A DNA stretch of 64,000 nucleotides from NCBI GenBank assembly GCA_038087875.1, contig JAXLNO010004884.1:1-64000 (forward strand). Reading direction: 5' to 3'. Under the pieces are notes generated by a model. It did no database searches, was not told where the DNA came from, and saw only the letters and a list, made by a program, of their open reading frames with translations. Origin of the DNA: Malacoraja senta. Taxonomy: Eukaryota. Shown piece by piece: positions 1 to 12,550 of this stretch. Numbering within the stretch: the stretch's first letter is position 1; each line of letters begins with the position of its first letter. The translations under genes and the position numbers were made by a program.

Positions 1-58
1 GGTAGTATGCCATGGGTGGTTGTCGACGCCATTTTACTGGCGTGCCTCGACTACAGTC

Positions 59-3000
59 ATGGCATCTACATCTAAATCTTCATCTCACTGCTCTGCTATC
101 AATTGCTCTAATCGTCAATGTAAATGACCCGACCTGTCATTCTTTAGGTTCCCCGATCGATCGAAAACACCGCGGAGTCAGAATCGATCTCTCTCTCTCC
201 CCCTTCTCTCGATCTCTCTCTCCCCTCTCTTCTCTCGATCTCCCTCCCTCTCTCCCTCTCCGTTCTTTCCCTCCCTCCCTTTCCTCTCTCCCTCCCTTCC
301 CTCTGTGTGAGAGTTGGCAGCCCTGCTATGCCTTAGGTCCAAAAGAGGATAGAAAGAAAATACTTAATGGTCTTTGTAAGAAGTTTTTAATATTCTCTTC
401 TACATTTAAGGTAAATTGACATATTAGAGGCAAAATGCATCTTCAATATACAGGTCTCTCCACACAACTGAAAACAATTGCACTTAAGTGATACATCACC
501 CATTCTGCAGGCATGTAGTTAATCCTAAATGATATGTTCTGTAATTTCAGATGTCAACAGTGGGTCCAGAATACTCGTCGACAAGATCTCCTGAACTGAA
601 CTCCGGAGTACTTGTCAGCCAACTGTTGTCTTTGTTCTTTACACTTTGAACTTGACCAGTTTTCCAACAAGCAGACCAAGAACAGGCTAAATTGGAATGC
701 AGTTCCAACGCTCTTTGACATTCCTAACCCGCCAAAACGTCTGTCTTCCCAACGCAGGTTACTCAAGAGGAAGAATGAGAACCTCCCATCCTCACCAACG
801 CCTTTAAAACAGCAAAGAGGCAAGTAATTTTCTCCTTTTTTAAATAAAATATATTCTCTCACTTTGGCTAAATATTAAAAAGTTATATCCAAACTGATAT
901 AATTGCCAATGGTCAATATGTAATGGCATGTATGGTACTTTTATTTTCATTTGTGAAATGTTCACAAAACTATAATCACACGTAAGACTACACAGTGTGG
1001 GCTGATGGAATGCGTACTAGTATTTAATTAAAGTAAGAACATCCATTTAAAGCTTCCTCAAGCATAATTCATACAACATTTAAATTGATTTAATGTTTTT
1101 TAAATCTTCAAAAAATCAAGATCATGATTTTCTTCTGGTAGATTGAAATTGGTGCATCACATCTATTTTAATTATAATTATTAGTAGATGCTGATTTATT
1201 TACATGTATATGCTTCATCTTTTTCATTGGTATCCTTGACATTTCTTTTTCCCTTTCTCATTTTTTTTGTCTTGGCAGTGTCACACAACATACTGGCCGA
1301 ACATTCTTGCTGCTCAGCTGCAGACAAAATTCATCGTAAAGAACCCAGCAATGTCTCTACAACTCCTGAAAAAACCTGATCTTCAATCCACACCAAATGT
1401 GAATGACAGCAGAGCTCTGAAGAAGGAAAGACAGCGTACTTTCCGCCTCAAAAAAAGAGTGCAACAGATTAAATTATCAATGAAAAAGAATACTACAGAA
1501 ATTAAGACAATTAGTGACTTGATCAGAGGGGCTGGTGAATTTTTACAAGAACCAGCGCTGTCTTTCTTTGCGTCGCAGTTGCGTAATGCGGCTGGACGTA
1601 GAAGTGCAAGAGGAAGACGATGGAGTTATTCAGACAAGGTGGTTGCCTTGTCCCTCTACCACCAGAGTCCCCGAGCATATCAGTTCTGCCAGTGCATTTT
1701 CACACTTCCATCAATCTCATCACTACGTAGGTGGTTGAGCAATATTGAAGTGAGGCCTGGGTTTCCCCCTAAGATCTTTGAACTTTTGAAAGACAGGGTT
1801 GCGGGGATGTCAGAGAGGGATACATTATGTGTAGTCTCCTTTGACGAAATGAGTTTACGTGCAAGCCTCTCTTACAATATTACTGAAGATTCAGTGGAGG
1901 TTTTTGAGGACTTTGGATCCCTAGGGAAGACATCAAGGCTGCCAACCATGCTCTAGTTTTCATGGTTGGAGGCTTGATGGGGAAATGGAAGCAACCTGTA
2001 GGTTACTTTCTTTCATGGGACTGCACAATGGCTGACAAACTACAAACATTACTCAATGAATGTTTACAGAAGGTTAAGGCTATTGGACTACAGCCCAAGG
2101 CCGTTGTTTGTGACCAAGGCCCAAGCAATATTCGACTGTACTCCAACTTGGGTGTGACAGAAGACCATCCTTTCTTCGTCCACGGGGGAACCAATATCTA
2201 TTGCATGCATGACCCACCCCACTTGTTGAAAAACACTCGCTCAAATTTGGAGAAATATGTTTTTGAGTCAAGGGAGAGGATGGCAGAAAAAAACATATCA
2301 AATGGGCGCATATTTACACATTTTATGAGCATGATTCACAGTTGCCCATTAGAAAGGCCCATAAATTAACCAGAGTACAACAGATTAAATTATCAATGAA
2401 AACGAATACTACAGAGGCCATTTTGTTTTAAACAGCTTCTCTAAAATGAGAGTCAACAAGGCTGCGCAGGTGCTTAGCCATTCGGTAGCAGCAGGCGTCT
2501 ACACCTATGCAGCTCTTGGAAAGTTACCTGGGAGGCTGTTTATACGGCAGAGTTCATTGAAATGGTTGATGGACTGTTTGACTCATTTAACAGCAGGTTT
2601 TTCAAGGACCCCAAAATGTTAAGGAGGCCTATTTCTGAAAAGTCTGGGCATAAGTCATTCTTTGAATCATGCTTGACTGTACTCCGAAGCTTGACAGTGC
2701 TTGGAGCTAAAAATGTGTTGTTTGTCAAGGGATGGCGGCTTGCAATTTCTTGCATTTCACAGCTGTGCAGCACATAAAGGAAAGCACAGACGCCCGTTTT
2801 ATGTTCACATCTCGGATCAATCAGGATGTTGTAGAGAATTTGTTCTCCACTATTCGGCGAAAGGGCGGATTCAGAGAAAATCCATCAGCGAAGGAGTTTC
2901 GATGTGCTTTCCGGATGGTTATGGTGGCTGAACTGATAAAACCATCTGTGAGTGCAAACTGTTCCCCCGACTCAGACAGATTTATCTTAACATTGCAAAC

Positions 3001-3463
3001 ACTAACAAAAAACAGAGTCAAGAAACCATCTCCATCTATCTCCCATACCAATAAAACAAAACAGCACAATGCAGTCTGCAGCATTTCACTAGATCTCCCT
3101 GAAGAGAATACACTAGCTTACATCGCAGGACACATCTGTCACAAAATCATCTCTTCACATGAACTGTCCTCAAAATGCCACACATGCAGAGAAGTTCTAT
3201 TACGAACGGATGCCACTTTAGTAGATCCTGCACTCATATTCATCCATCACAAAGCATACGACACATCAACGTCTGACTTTGGCTCATTGATGGTGCCTTC
3301 GGAATACTTTCTTGGGTTCTGTGAAGTGTGCGAGAAAGTGTTCCGCACAGAATTTGATGATGTTAAGATGACCAGGGATAATATTTCCCATCTAATAAAC
3401 ACAGCAATACATAACACACAGCAATACAAAGACATGAACTTGTGCTGCAATAGTCAAGATTAG
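59..3463 (+). pseudogene. P-element-superfamily (THAP9-like) transposase, copy 1, decayed; exons ~59-350, 551-819, 1279-3463
   Basis: THAP domain split over two exons (CSAINCSNRQC...FFRFP; CSLHF...AVPTLFD). Then P-transposase motifs SFDEMSL, WKQPVGYF, VVCDQGPSN, HDPPHLLKN, QDVVENLFS. In-frame TGA at 125 and 597, several frameshifts, and a ~185-bp insertion in exon 1. Confidence 0.88.
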
Positions 3464-3616
3464 AATTGTAGCAATCTTTGTGAGTATACACATGCACTAT
3501 GGACTCAAATTCAAGAATAGAAAAATGCATAACATGACTGTTAAAAGGAGTTGTAAAAAACTTCAAAAAGTGGAACATAAATAAAGTGCATAATTTTCAG
3601 ACATTATTTATTTGAA

Positions 3617-4600
3617 GTAATACTATTGTTCAAGTTCGTTCAATTGAGTTTATTGTCATGTGTTCCTGATTGTACAATGAAATTCTTGCTTTGCTTCAGC
3701 ACAACAGAACATAGTAGGCATTGACTACAAAACAGATCAGTGTGTCCATATACAATTATATAAATTTATACACACATGAATAAATAAACTGATCAAGTGC
3801 AAATAACATATAATGGGCTATTAATGTTCAGAGTTTTGTCCGAGCCAAGTTTAATAGCCTGATGGCTGTGGGGAAGTAGCTAATCCTGAAACCTGGTCGT
3901 TGCAGTCTTCAGGCTCCTGTACCTTCTACCTGAAGGCAGCAGGGAGATGAGTGTGTGGCCAGGATGGTGTGGGGTCCTTGATGATTGTGCCAGCCTTTTT
4001 GAGGCAGCAACTGCGATAGATCCCCTCGATGGAAGGGAGGTCAGAGCCGATGATGGACTGGGCAGTGTTTACTACTTTTTGTAATCTTTTTGCTGGTGTT
4101 GAGTGCCAAGTTATTGTGCTGGCACCATATGGACAGTTGCTCGACTTCTCTTCTATACTCTGACTCATCCCCATCAGTGATACGTCCCACAACAGTGGTG
4201 TTGTCAGCAAACTTGATGATGGAGTTCGCACTATGTCCAGCTATGCAGTCATGAGTATAGATTGAGTACAGCAGGGGGCTGAGCACGCAGTCTTGAGGTG
4301 CACCTGTGCAGAGTGTTATCGAGTCTGACACATTTCCACCAATACGAACAGACTGGTCTGAGAATGAGGAAGTCGAGGATCCAATTGCAGAGACTCAGTT
4401 CTGCGAGTTTGGTAACCAGCTTGGAGGGGATGATTGTATTAAATGCCGAGGTATAATCAATGAATAACAGCCTGACATATGAGTTTTTGTTGTCCAAGTT
4501 TCCCAGAGAAGAGTGGAGGGCCAGCGAGATCGCATCCACCGTTGATCTGTTGTGGCGGTAAGAGAACTGCAGTGGGTCCAGGTTTTTGTCGAGGTAGGAG
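3617..4600 (-). mobile_element. Rex1/Babar-type LINE remnant (RT)
   Basis: [23 protein letters not shown]...[18 protein letters not shown] and [20 protein letters not shown]...IKFADNTTVVG on the minus strand; caagtt-type tail near 3617. Confidence 0.8.
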
Positions 4601-4602
4601 TT

Positions 4603-4731
4603 GAAAATGTGTTGGCTCCTTGCAATGTGTTTGCCAAATTTCTTGACTTTTAAAGACTCTTCAGAAAATGTGTTGGCTCCTTGCAAAGTGTTTGCCAAAT
4701 TGTCTTGACTTTTAAAGACTCTTCAGAAAAT
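4603..4731. repeat. Tandem duplication, 2 x 61-62 bp, at the junction of Rex1 and CR1 fragments
   Basis: gaaaatgtgttggctcc...ttttaaagactcttca recurs at 4603 and 4664. Confidence 0.85.
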
Positions 4732-4965
4732 GCCACCCAGCTTTGTGTCATCCGCAAACTTGCTAGTGTTGCTCCTAATTCCCTCTTCCAAATCATTAAT
4801 ATATATGGTAAACAGTTGCGGCCCCAACACTGAGCCTTGCGGCACTCCACTCGCCGCTGCCTGCCATTCTGAAAAGGACCCGTTCACTCCTACTCTTTGC
4901 TTCCGGTCTGCCAACCAATTTTCTATCCATGTCAACACCCTACCCCCAATACCGTGTGCTCCAGA
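4727..4965 (-). mobile_element. CR1 LINE RT fragment
   Basis: [21 protein letters not shown]...[21 protein letters not shown]...[10 protein letters not shown]. Confidence 0.88.
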
Positions 4966-4974
4966 TGGACCTGA

Positions 4975-5632
4975 GAAAAACAATCGGCAATGTAGGCAAC
5001 CCGACTTGTCTTTCTTCAGGTTCCCCATTAAGGAGGAAAGGTAAGAAAACATTTATTACTTCTGTGGCATATTGACATTTTAATTTAGCCTGTTCAATCT
5101 CTCACTGTAGTTAGATCATTGATCTCAGATAGTCGAGTCCTCATGGCAACATCCTTTTAAAAATCTTCACCTAAAGAGCATTTTCTTTCTGCCTCTCTGT
5201 TATTTAATGCAGAATAAGAACATATTGACTGCATGATATTTTCTTTAATTTCAGATGTCGACAGTGGACATGATCTACACCGAACTGCGGAGTATTTGTC
5301 AAATAACTGCCGTCTTATGTACATTGTGTGAAATTGTGATTTGTTAACTGCACAAAACAATGCAAATGGCAATTATTTATTATTGTATCTTCGTTGGACG
5401 TTTTGGTCTTTGGTGTAAGCAGGGGTGGGGCTATCATTGTGTTACATACGTTGAATTGTACATTACTTTCACTGGTTGGCTGATATGCTTAACACTGCAA
5501 CTCTGTATATCTTGCGCACAGAATAATGTGAATTATGTAAATCTTACCATGCATGTCAGAAATAAAGTGAGAAGTATGTTAATGGATCTCTATTATGAAT
5601 TATTTAAAATTGAGTGGGTTGGTGCAATATCG
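4975..5632 (+). mobile_element. Internally deleted P-element derivative (copy 3): end of THAP exon 1, intron 1 and start of exon 2 fused to the 3' region
   Basis: [20 protein letters not shown]|gtaag and the intron match 16520-16990; 5320-5630 matches the copy-2 3' region (26310-26570 and 27140-27200). The whole catalytic region is missing. Confidence 0.78.
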
Positions 5633-6084
5633 GTTCCAGCCGTCCGTGACTGCACTGCCAGCCCACCAGCCGTATGTGACAGAACTGCCAACCCACGAGC
5701 CGTGAGTAAGTGAACTGCCAGCCCACCAGCTGTAAGTGACTGAACTGCCAGGCCAATAATCCATTCAGTCCACCCTCTCCCCCTTCTCTCACAGTCTGTC
5801 ACCTGTTTTGGGCAGAATTTCTGGCAGTTTCTCAGCTGCCAGCCTGCCAGGTCTGAGTGACTGTACTGCCAGGCCTCAGTGACTGAGCTGCCAGCCCAAG
5901 AATCCATTCGACCCACAACGTCCATACTAGCCCTCTGGAAACAAGTCCCTTCGGCGCACAACACCCATACTAGCGCAACAGACCCCCCCCCCACTGGCCA
6001 GCAATATTGGAATTGGTGGAGAGGTGGAATATTGCATTGGGTGACCAGCCCTCCCGTGTGATGCTGGGACCCAACTTAGTCTAG
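5633..6084 (+). mobile_element. Probable non-autonomous Helitron remnant with a 30-bp minisatellite
   Basis: Ends gggacccaacttagtCTAG|t (CTAG 6081-6084, degenerate hairpin); actgccagcccaccagc... units of ~30 bp near 5650-5750. The 5' end is unclear. Confidence 0.45.
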
Positions 6085-6354
6085 TTATTGTATATAAGTT
6101 GGAAATGTTGTCCTTTGTTTGAAATATGTTGAATTTGACATCAATTTTATTGATTAGCTGATATGCAAAACACTGCAACCCTGTATATGTCACGCACAAA
6201 ATGATGTACATAAAAAGTGTTTTCCTTGTTTATGAAGTTCAATTTAGAATTATTTGAAATTGTGGGGGTTGGTGCAAAATACTGCTGACCCACGAATGTA
6301 TCGTTATGAGACATTCAAGTTTTTAAAATCCATGTCTCGAAAAAAGCAAGAAGG

Positions 6355-6830
6355 TCCCCATATTGGGGCGGCCCGGTCGGGGGGAGAAGCGACGCCCAAG
6401 TCGGGGCGGCCCGGCCGGAGGGAGAAGCGACGCCCAAGTCGGGGCGGCCTGGTCGGGGGGAGAAGCGACGCCCAAGTCGGGGCAGCCCGGCCAGAGGGAG
6501 AAGCGACGCCCAGGTTGGGGCAGCCCGGCCCGGGGAAGAGGGTGGCTGGGACGGTGTTCTGGCGGTGGTGGCCTGAGTCCGGGGTTCGGCCGCGGGCCAG
6601 CGGCTACGTCTGCAGGACTGGTGGGCGGCAGCTTCGACCACCCCGGGTCGCGGTGTTTGAGCCGCGGGACTGTTATAACATCGCCCGGGGGGTATCGCCT
6701 CAGCGCAGAGGGAGGAGAGGAGGGAAGAGACTGCAGACCTAAGACTTTTGCCTCCATCACAGTGAGGAGATGCTGGGTGGACTCACTGTGGTGGATGTTA
6801 ATATGCGTTTATTGTTGTTTTCATTGTATT
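6355..6830 (+). repeat. GC-rich interspersed repeat with ~5 copies of a 35-39-bp unit (gagaagcgacgcccaagtcggggcggcc)
   Basis: Unit visible repeatedly over 6363-6530; the long overlapping ORFs here are by-products of the repeat. Confidence 0.7.
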
Positions 6831-6831
6831 A

Positions 6832-9362
6832 CTAGACCAAGTGCAGAGCCGTTGGGTCTGGACACCGAACGTGCGTTTGTGGGGGGGGAGGGGGAAGGCT
6901 GTGGCGTCACACGAATCACCCCCTTTCCTCCAAAGCACGTAATCCGGCACCCACAAACACACAAACTCATCACACCCCTTGATATTATTTTAATTTTTTA
7001 ATTTGCTTCTTTTATCCCATCTCCACCCTATCCACTGACGAATAGCCCTCACCTCTCAGATGCGTCTAGAGGTGTTGGGGCAGAGGGAAAATTTAATGTT
7101 AGAAAAAAAAATTGAAGAGGGGGAGGAGGAGGGTCGAGAGGAAGGGGGAGAGAGGAGAGGGGTGGAGAGAGGAAAGAGAGGATGGGGAGAGAGGTGAAGG
7201 GGGGGGGGGTTGGAGCGGGCGTGCATGAGTCGAGTCGCGGGCTGTGAAGAGAGAAGGGCAGAGAGAGAGAGAGAGAGATGGGAGAGACAGAGAGACTGGT
7301 ACACAAAAAAAGCTTGAGAAACACAGCGGGTGCAGCATCATCTATTGAGCGAAGGAAATAGGCAACGCTTTGGGCCGAAGCCCATCCTCAGACTGGTTTT
7401 CTAACGAAACGTTGCCTATTTACTTCGATCCATAGATGCTGCTGCACCCGCTGATGATATACAGGTTTTTTTGTGTACCTTCGATTTTCCAGCATCTGCA
7501 GTTCCGTCTTAAAGACAGAGAGACTGTTGGTGGGCTGTTTTCCCCAACGCGCGTTTGCGGGAGGGGGGGGGGGGGCTGCGGCATCCCACTCACACTAACC
7601 ACCCCCCAAACTCACACTACCCACCCCCAAACGCACTCGGGGGGAGGGGGGGAGAGGAAGACGGGGTGGGGAGAGAAGAGGAGAGGGGGAGGGAGGGGAG
7701 AGGGGGAAGAGGAAAGGGGAGAGATTGGGGAGGGAGAGGAGATCAGGGTGGGTGAGAGGGAGGGGGAAGAGAGTGGGGAGTGGGAGGAGATCTGGGAGGG
7801 CAGGAAGGGGGGAGAGGGGGGGAGGGGATGAGGGGAAGGGGAGAGGAGTAGGGGGAAGAGAGGGAGAGAGGGAGGGGGTGGGGGAGGGAGAGGGGAACAG
7901 TGGGGAGTGAGGGGCAGAGGGGTAACGGGGAGTGGTGCAAGAGAGAGGTGAAGGGGGTGGGTGGGAGATGGGGGTGAATAGGGGTGGTGAAGGGGGAAGG
8001 GAGGGTGTGGGAGGAGAGGGAGGGGGAGAGGAGAGAGGGGGAAGAGTGGGGAGGGAGAGTTGAAGTAGGAGGGGTAGGGACAGTCCATCTGTTTCCCATT
8101 CCCTATCACCCCCAATCCTCTTTCTCTATTGCCACACACGTGACGACGCCCTTCGACACAGGCTGCGGGGGTGGGGGGGAGGGGCTGGTGCTGTTGCTGC
8201 TGCAAAGGCATATGTAAATTGGTTCATTTCGATTGGACATCTTTGAGCATTGGGCATTGTGACATCACAAAACGGAACCTTCATTAACATTCTATTGCTG
8301 AGCTGTTTTTTTTAAACATTTTGAAATTTCCCCATTCCCTATCCCCCCACACACGTGACGACGCCCTTCGACACAGGCTGCGGGGTTGGGGGGGAGGGGC
8401 TTGGGCTGGGGCTGCTGCCAAGGCATATGTAAACGGATTCATTCCGATTTGTCACACGTGTCGCAGGGCGTCGCCACGTGTGTGGGGGGGATAGGGAATG
8501 GGGACATTTCAAAATGTTAAACAAACAGCTCTCAGCAATAGAATGTAAATGAAGGTTCCGTTTTGTGATGTCACAATGCCCAATGCTGCGGGGGTTGGGG
8601 GGGAGGGGCCGGGGCTGGGGCTGCTGCAAAGGCATATGTAAATGGATCCATTACGATTGGACATCTGTGACCATTGTGCATTGTGACATCACACAACGGA
8701 ATCTTTACTAACATTCTACGGCTGAGCTGTTTTTTCAAACATTTTGAAATGTTTGGTTTGGGGGGGGGAGATGTATTTTATTTTAAAAAGCGTACCTAAA
8801 CACGACCAAATTTAATCAGGATCGTCTATTCGTAAAGATAAACGTAACCTCTTTAGAAACGGTAAAAAGTATCGGCGTTTCCGCGCGTCGCGCGGGCGCG
8901 GGGCGGTATCAAAGGCGGGACAAGTCAAGCAGAACGTTGGACGTACAGACGTACAGACGGACGACAGCCAGAGAGTTTTAAAAGTATACAAGTGCAGACC
9001 CGTTGGGTCTGGTCCCCGAAAGTGCTTGACACCCCGGGGTGTTGTTCCCGAACGTGCTTGACACCCCGGGGTGAAAATCGTGGGAAAAAAAGATGGCGTC
9101 ATTTTCGGAGAAAATCGGAGACAATCACATGGGGGTGGGGGGGGGGATGGATTTTATTTTAAAAAACGTGTACATAAACAGGACCGAATTTAATCAGGAA
9201 ATGGTAAAAATCTTTGGAAATGGTAAAAAATATGGGCCTTTCCGCGCACCGTGTGGGCCAGGGGCGGTATCAAATGCGGCGTTCGGACGTACAGACGTAC
9301 AGACGTACAGACGTACAGACGTACAGACGGATGGCAGCCAGAGTGTTTTAAAAGTATATAGA
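6832..9362 (-). mobile_element. Non-autonomous Helitrons, two units head-to-tail (6832-8988 and 8989-9362)
   Basis: The minus strand starts A|TCtatatac at 9362 followed by (ctgtacgt)n, and ends with a cagaccc-aac-gg(g)tctg hairpin plus CTAG|T at 6832. A second 5' end abuts a second 3' hairpin at 8988/8989. Confidence 0.75.
7299..7512. mobile_element. Palindromic Penelope-derived mini-element with hammerhead-like core, flanked by a 14-bp direct repeat
   Basis: Inverted arms ~7299-7394 and ~7405-7470; agacagagagactg at 7285-7298 and 7513-7526. Confidence 0.7.
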
Positions 9363-12300
9363 TATGTTTCTGTAAGATCCCCTCTCATCTTTCTAAATTC
9401 CAGTGAATATTAGCCCAGTCTTTCCAATCTTTCTTCATATGACAGTCCCGCTATCCCGGGGATTAACCTGGTGAACCGACGCTGCACTGCCTCAATAGCA
9501 TGGATGTCCTCAACTGCACACATCACCCCAGGTGTGGTCTCGTTTCACTTCCCTTTTCCCTAACCTGACACCATTGAGATAACAATCTTCCCCCTTGTTC
9601 TTGCCGCCAAAGTGAAGAACCTCACATTTATCTGTATTATACTGCATCTGCCATGCATCCGACCACTCACGTAACTTGTCCAAGTCACCCTGCAACCTCC
9701 TCGCATCCTCTTCACAGTTCACATTGCCACTCAGCTTTGTGTCATCTGCAAATTTGCTAGTGTTACTTTTAATCCCATCATCTAAACCATTAATAAATAT
9801 TGTAAATAGTTGCGGCCTCAGCACCGAGCCTTGCGGTACTCCACTCGTCATGGCCTGCCATTCTGACAGGGACCCATTTATTCCTACGCTTTGTTTCCTG
9901 TCTGCCAACCAATTTTCTATCCGTCAATACCCCCAAACCATGTGCTCTCATTTTGCCCACTCATCTCCTGTGTGGGACCTTATCAAACGCTTTCTGAAAG
10001 TCCAGAGACACTACATCCACTGGCTCTCTTTCATCCATTTTACTTGTCACATCCTCAAAAAATTCCAGAAGATTAGTCAAGCAGGAATTCCCCATCACAA
10101 GTCCATGCTAACTTGGACCAATTCTTTTACTGTTATCCAAATGTGCCGTTATTACTTATTTAATGATTGACTTCAGCATCTTCCCCACCACCGATGTCAG
10201 GCTAACTGGTCTATAAATCCTCATTTTCTCTCTCGCTCATTTCTTGATAACATTAGCTACCCTCTAATCCACCGGAACTGATCCTGAATCTATAGAACAT
10301 TTGGAAAATGATCACCAATTCGTCCACAATTTCCAGAGCCACCTCCTTAGGTACCCTGGGATGCAGACCATCAGGCCTTGGGGATTTATCAGCCTTCACT
10401 CCCATCAGTCTACCCAATATGGGAGGTACACAAAAATGCTGGAGAAACTGAGCGGGTGCAGCAGCATGTATGGAGCGAAGGAGATAGGCAACGTTTCGGG
10501 CCAAAACCCTTCCAGCTCAAGTCTACCCTATATTATTTCTCGCCTAATGCAAATTTCTTTCAGTTCCTCTGCCTCCCGAGATCCTCTGTCCTCTAGTTCA
10601 TCTGGGAGATCTGTTCGTGTCTTCCTTAGTGAAGACAGAACCAAAGTACCTGTTCAACTCTTCTGCCATTTCCTTGTTGCCCATAATAATTTCACATGTT
10701 TCTGCCTTCAAGGGACCCACATTTGACTTTACTAATCCTTTTCCCTTAACATATCTAAAGAAGCTTTTACAATCCTACTTTATATTCCTGGCCAGCTTCC
10801 CTTCGTACGTCATCTTTTCAGCCCGTATTGCCCGTTTTGTTTCCTTCTGTTGTCCTATGAAAGTTTCCCAATCCTCTGGCTTCCGGCTACTCTTTGCTGT
10901 GTTATACATCTTTTCTTTTAGTTTTATTCCATCCCTAACTTCTCTTGTCAGCCACGTCTCTTACTCCCCTTAGAATCTTTCTTCTTCTTTGGAATGAAAT
11001 GATCCTGCATCTTCCGGATTATGCCCAGATATTCCTGCCATTTCTGTTCCACCGTCATTCCTGCTAGGATCCCTTTCCAGTCCACCTTGGTCAGCTCCTC
11101 TCTTATGCCTTCATAGTCCCCTTTGTTCAACTGCATCACTGCCACTTCTGATTTAACCTTCTCACTCTCAAATTGCAGATTGAAACTTATCATATTATGA
11201 TCACTACCTCCAAGTGGTTCCTTTACGTCGAGTTATCTTATCATATCTGGTTCATTGGACAACAATAAATCCAGAATTGCCTTTTCTCTGGTCAGCTCCA
11301 TTACAAGCTGCTCTAAGAATCCATCTCGGAGACATTCTACAAACTCTCTTTCTTGGGGTCCAGAACCAATCTGATTTTCCCAGTCTACCACATATTGAAA
11401 TCTCCCATCACCACAGTGGCATTACCTTTCTTACATGCCAGTTTTAAGTCCTGCTGCAACTTGTACCCTATATCCACGCTACTGTTTGGGGCCCTGTAGA
11501 TAACTCCCATTAGTGCGTTCGTACCTTTACAATTCCACAATTCTATCCACAGTGACTCTACATCGTCAGTCCCTATGTGACCCCTCGCAAGGGACTGAAT
11601 TTCATCCCTCATCAATAGAGCTACCCCCCTCCTCTGCCCACCAGCCTGTCCTTTCTATAGGATGTATAACCCTGAATATTCAGTTCCCAGTCCCGATCCT
11701 CCTGCAGCCACGTCTCTGTAATCCGCACAATGTCATATCTACCAATCTCTAACTGAGCCTCAAGCTCATCTACTTTACTTCTTATACTTTGCGCATTCAT
11801 ATACAATACTTTTAATCCATTACTCACCTCACCTTTCACATCGATCCCTATTACACATGGCCATACTCTCCTATCCCTTCGTGAGCTTTCTGCCCCGTTA
11901 ATTCTGGTGTCTTTCTTAACTTTTCCTATACTCCCTTTCCCTTTAACTCCATCCTTGTATTTCCAATTTGTCTCCCCCCCCACTATTTACTTTAAACCCC
12001 CGCGTGGAGCAGTGGCAAACCTGCCTGCCACAATGCTGGTCCCCCGCCAGTTAAGGTGTAACCCATCCCTTTTGTACAGTTCACATTTACCCCAAAACAG
12101 ATCCCATGGGCTAAGAATCCAAATCCCTGCCCCCTGCACCAGCTCCTCAGCCACACCTTCAGATCCCCTATCTCCCTGTTCCTGCCCTCTCCAGCATGAG
12201 GAACTGGAAGCAAACCGGAGATAACCACACTGGAGGTCCTGCTTTTTAGCCTTCTTCCGAGCTATGTAAAGTCACGCTGTACAATCTCTTTCCTCTTCTT

Positions 12301-12550
12301 CCCGACATCATTTGTGCCGACATGTACTACCACTTCCGGCTGCTCACCTTCACCCTTGAGGATGCCCTGTAATTGGTCCGTGACGTCCTGGATCCTGGCA
12401 CCAAGGAGGCAACACACCATCTTTGAATCCCGCCTGTTGCTGCAGAAACCCCTGTCTGTACCTCTCACGATGGAGTCCCCGACAACCACGGCTCTGCCTG
12501 ATGTCTGTCTCTTCGGCTTTGTTTCAACGCCACGTTTAAACTCGCAGACT
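9363..12550 (-). mobile_element. CR1 LINE, long decayed copy with SGNH-esterase ORF1, APE endonuclease and RT remnants
   Basis: ORF1 VVVGDSIVRG...VVHVGTNDVG (GDS/GTND esterase motifs); EN YMNAQSIRSKVDEL...ITETWL; [10 protein letters not shown]...KFADDTKL. Confidence 0.88.

Noticed and set aside
6254-8220. Many long Pro/Gly/Arg/Ser-rich ORFs (also 12465-13013, 50287-52007, 54562-55199)
   Set aside because: They arise from GC-rich or GA-rich low-complexity and tandem repeats in several overlapping frames, with no domain motifs.
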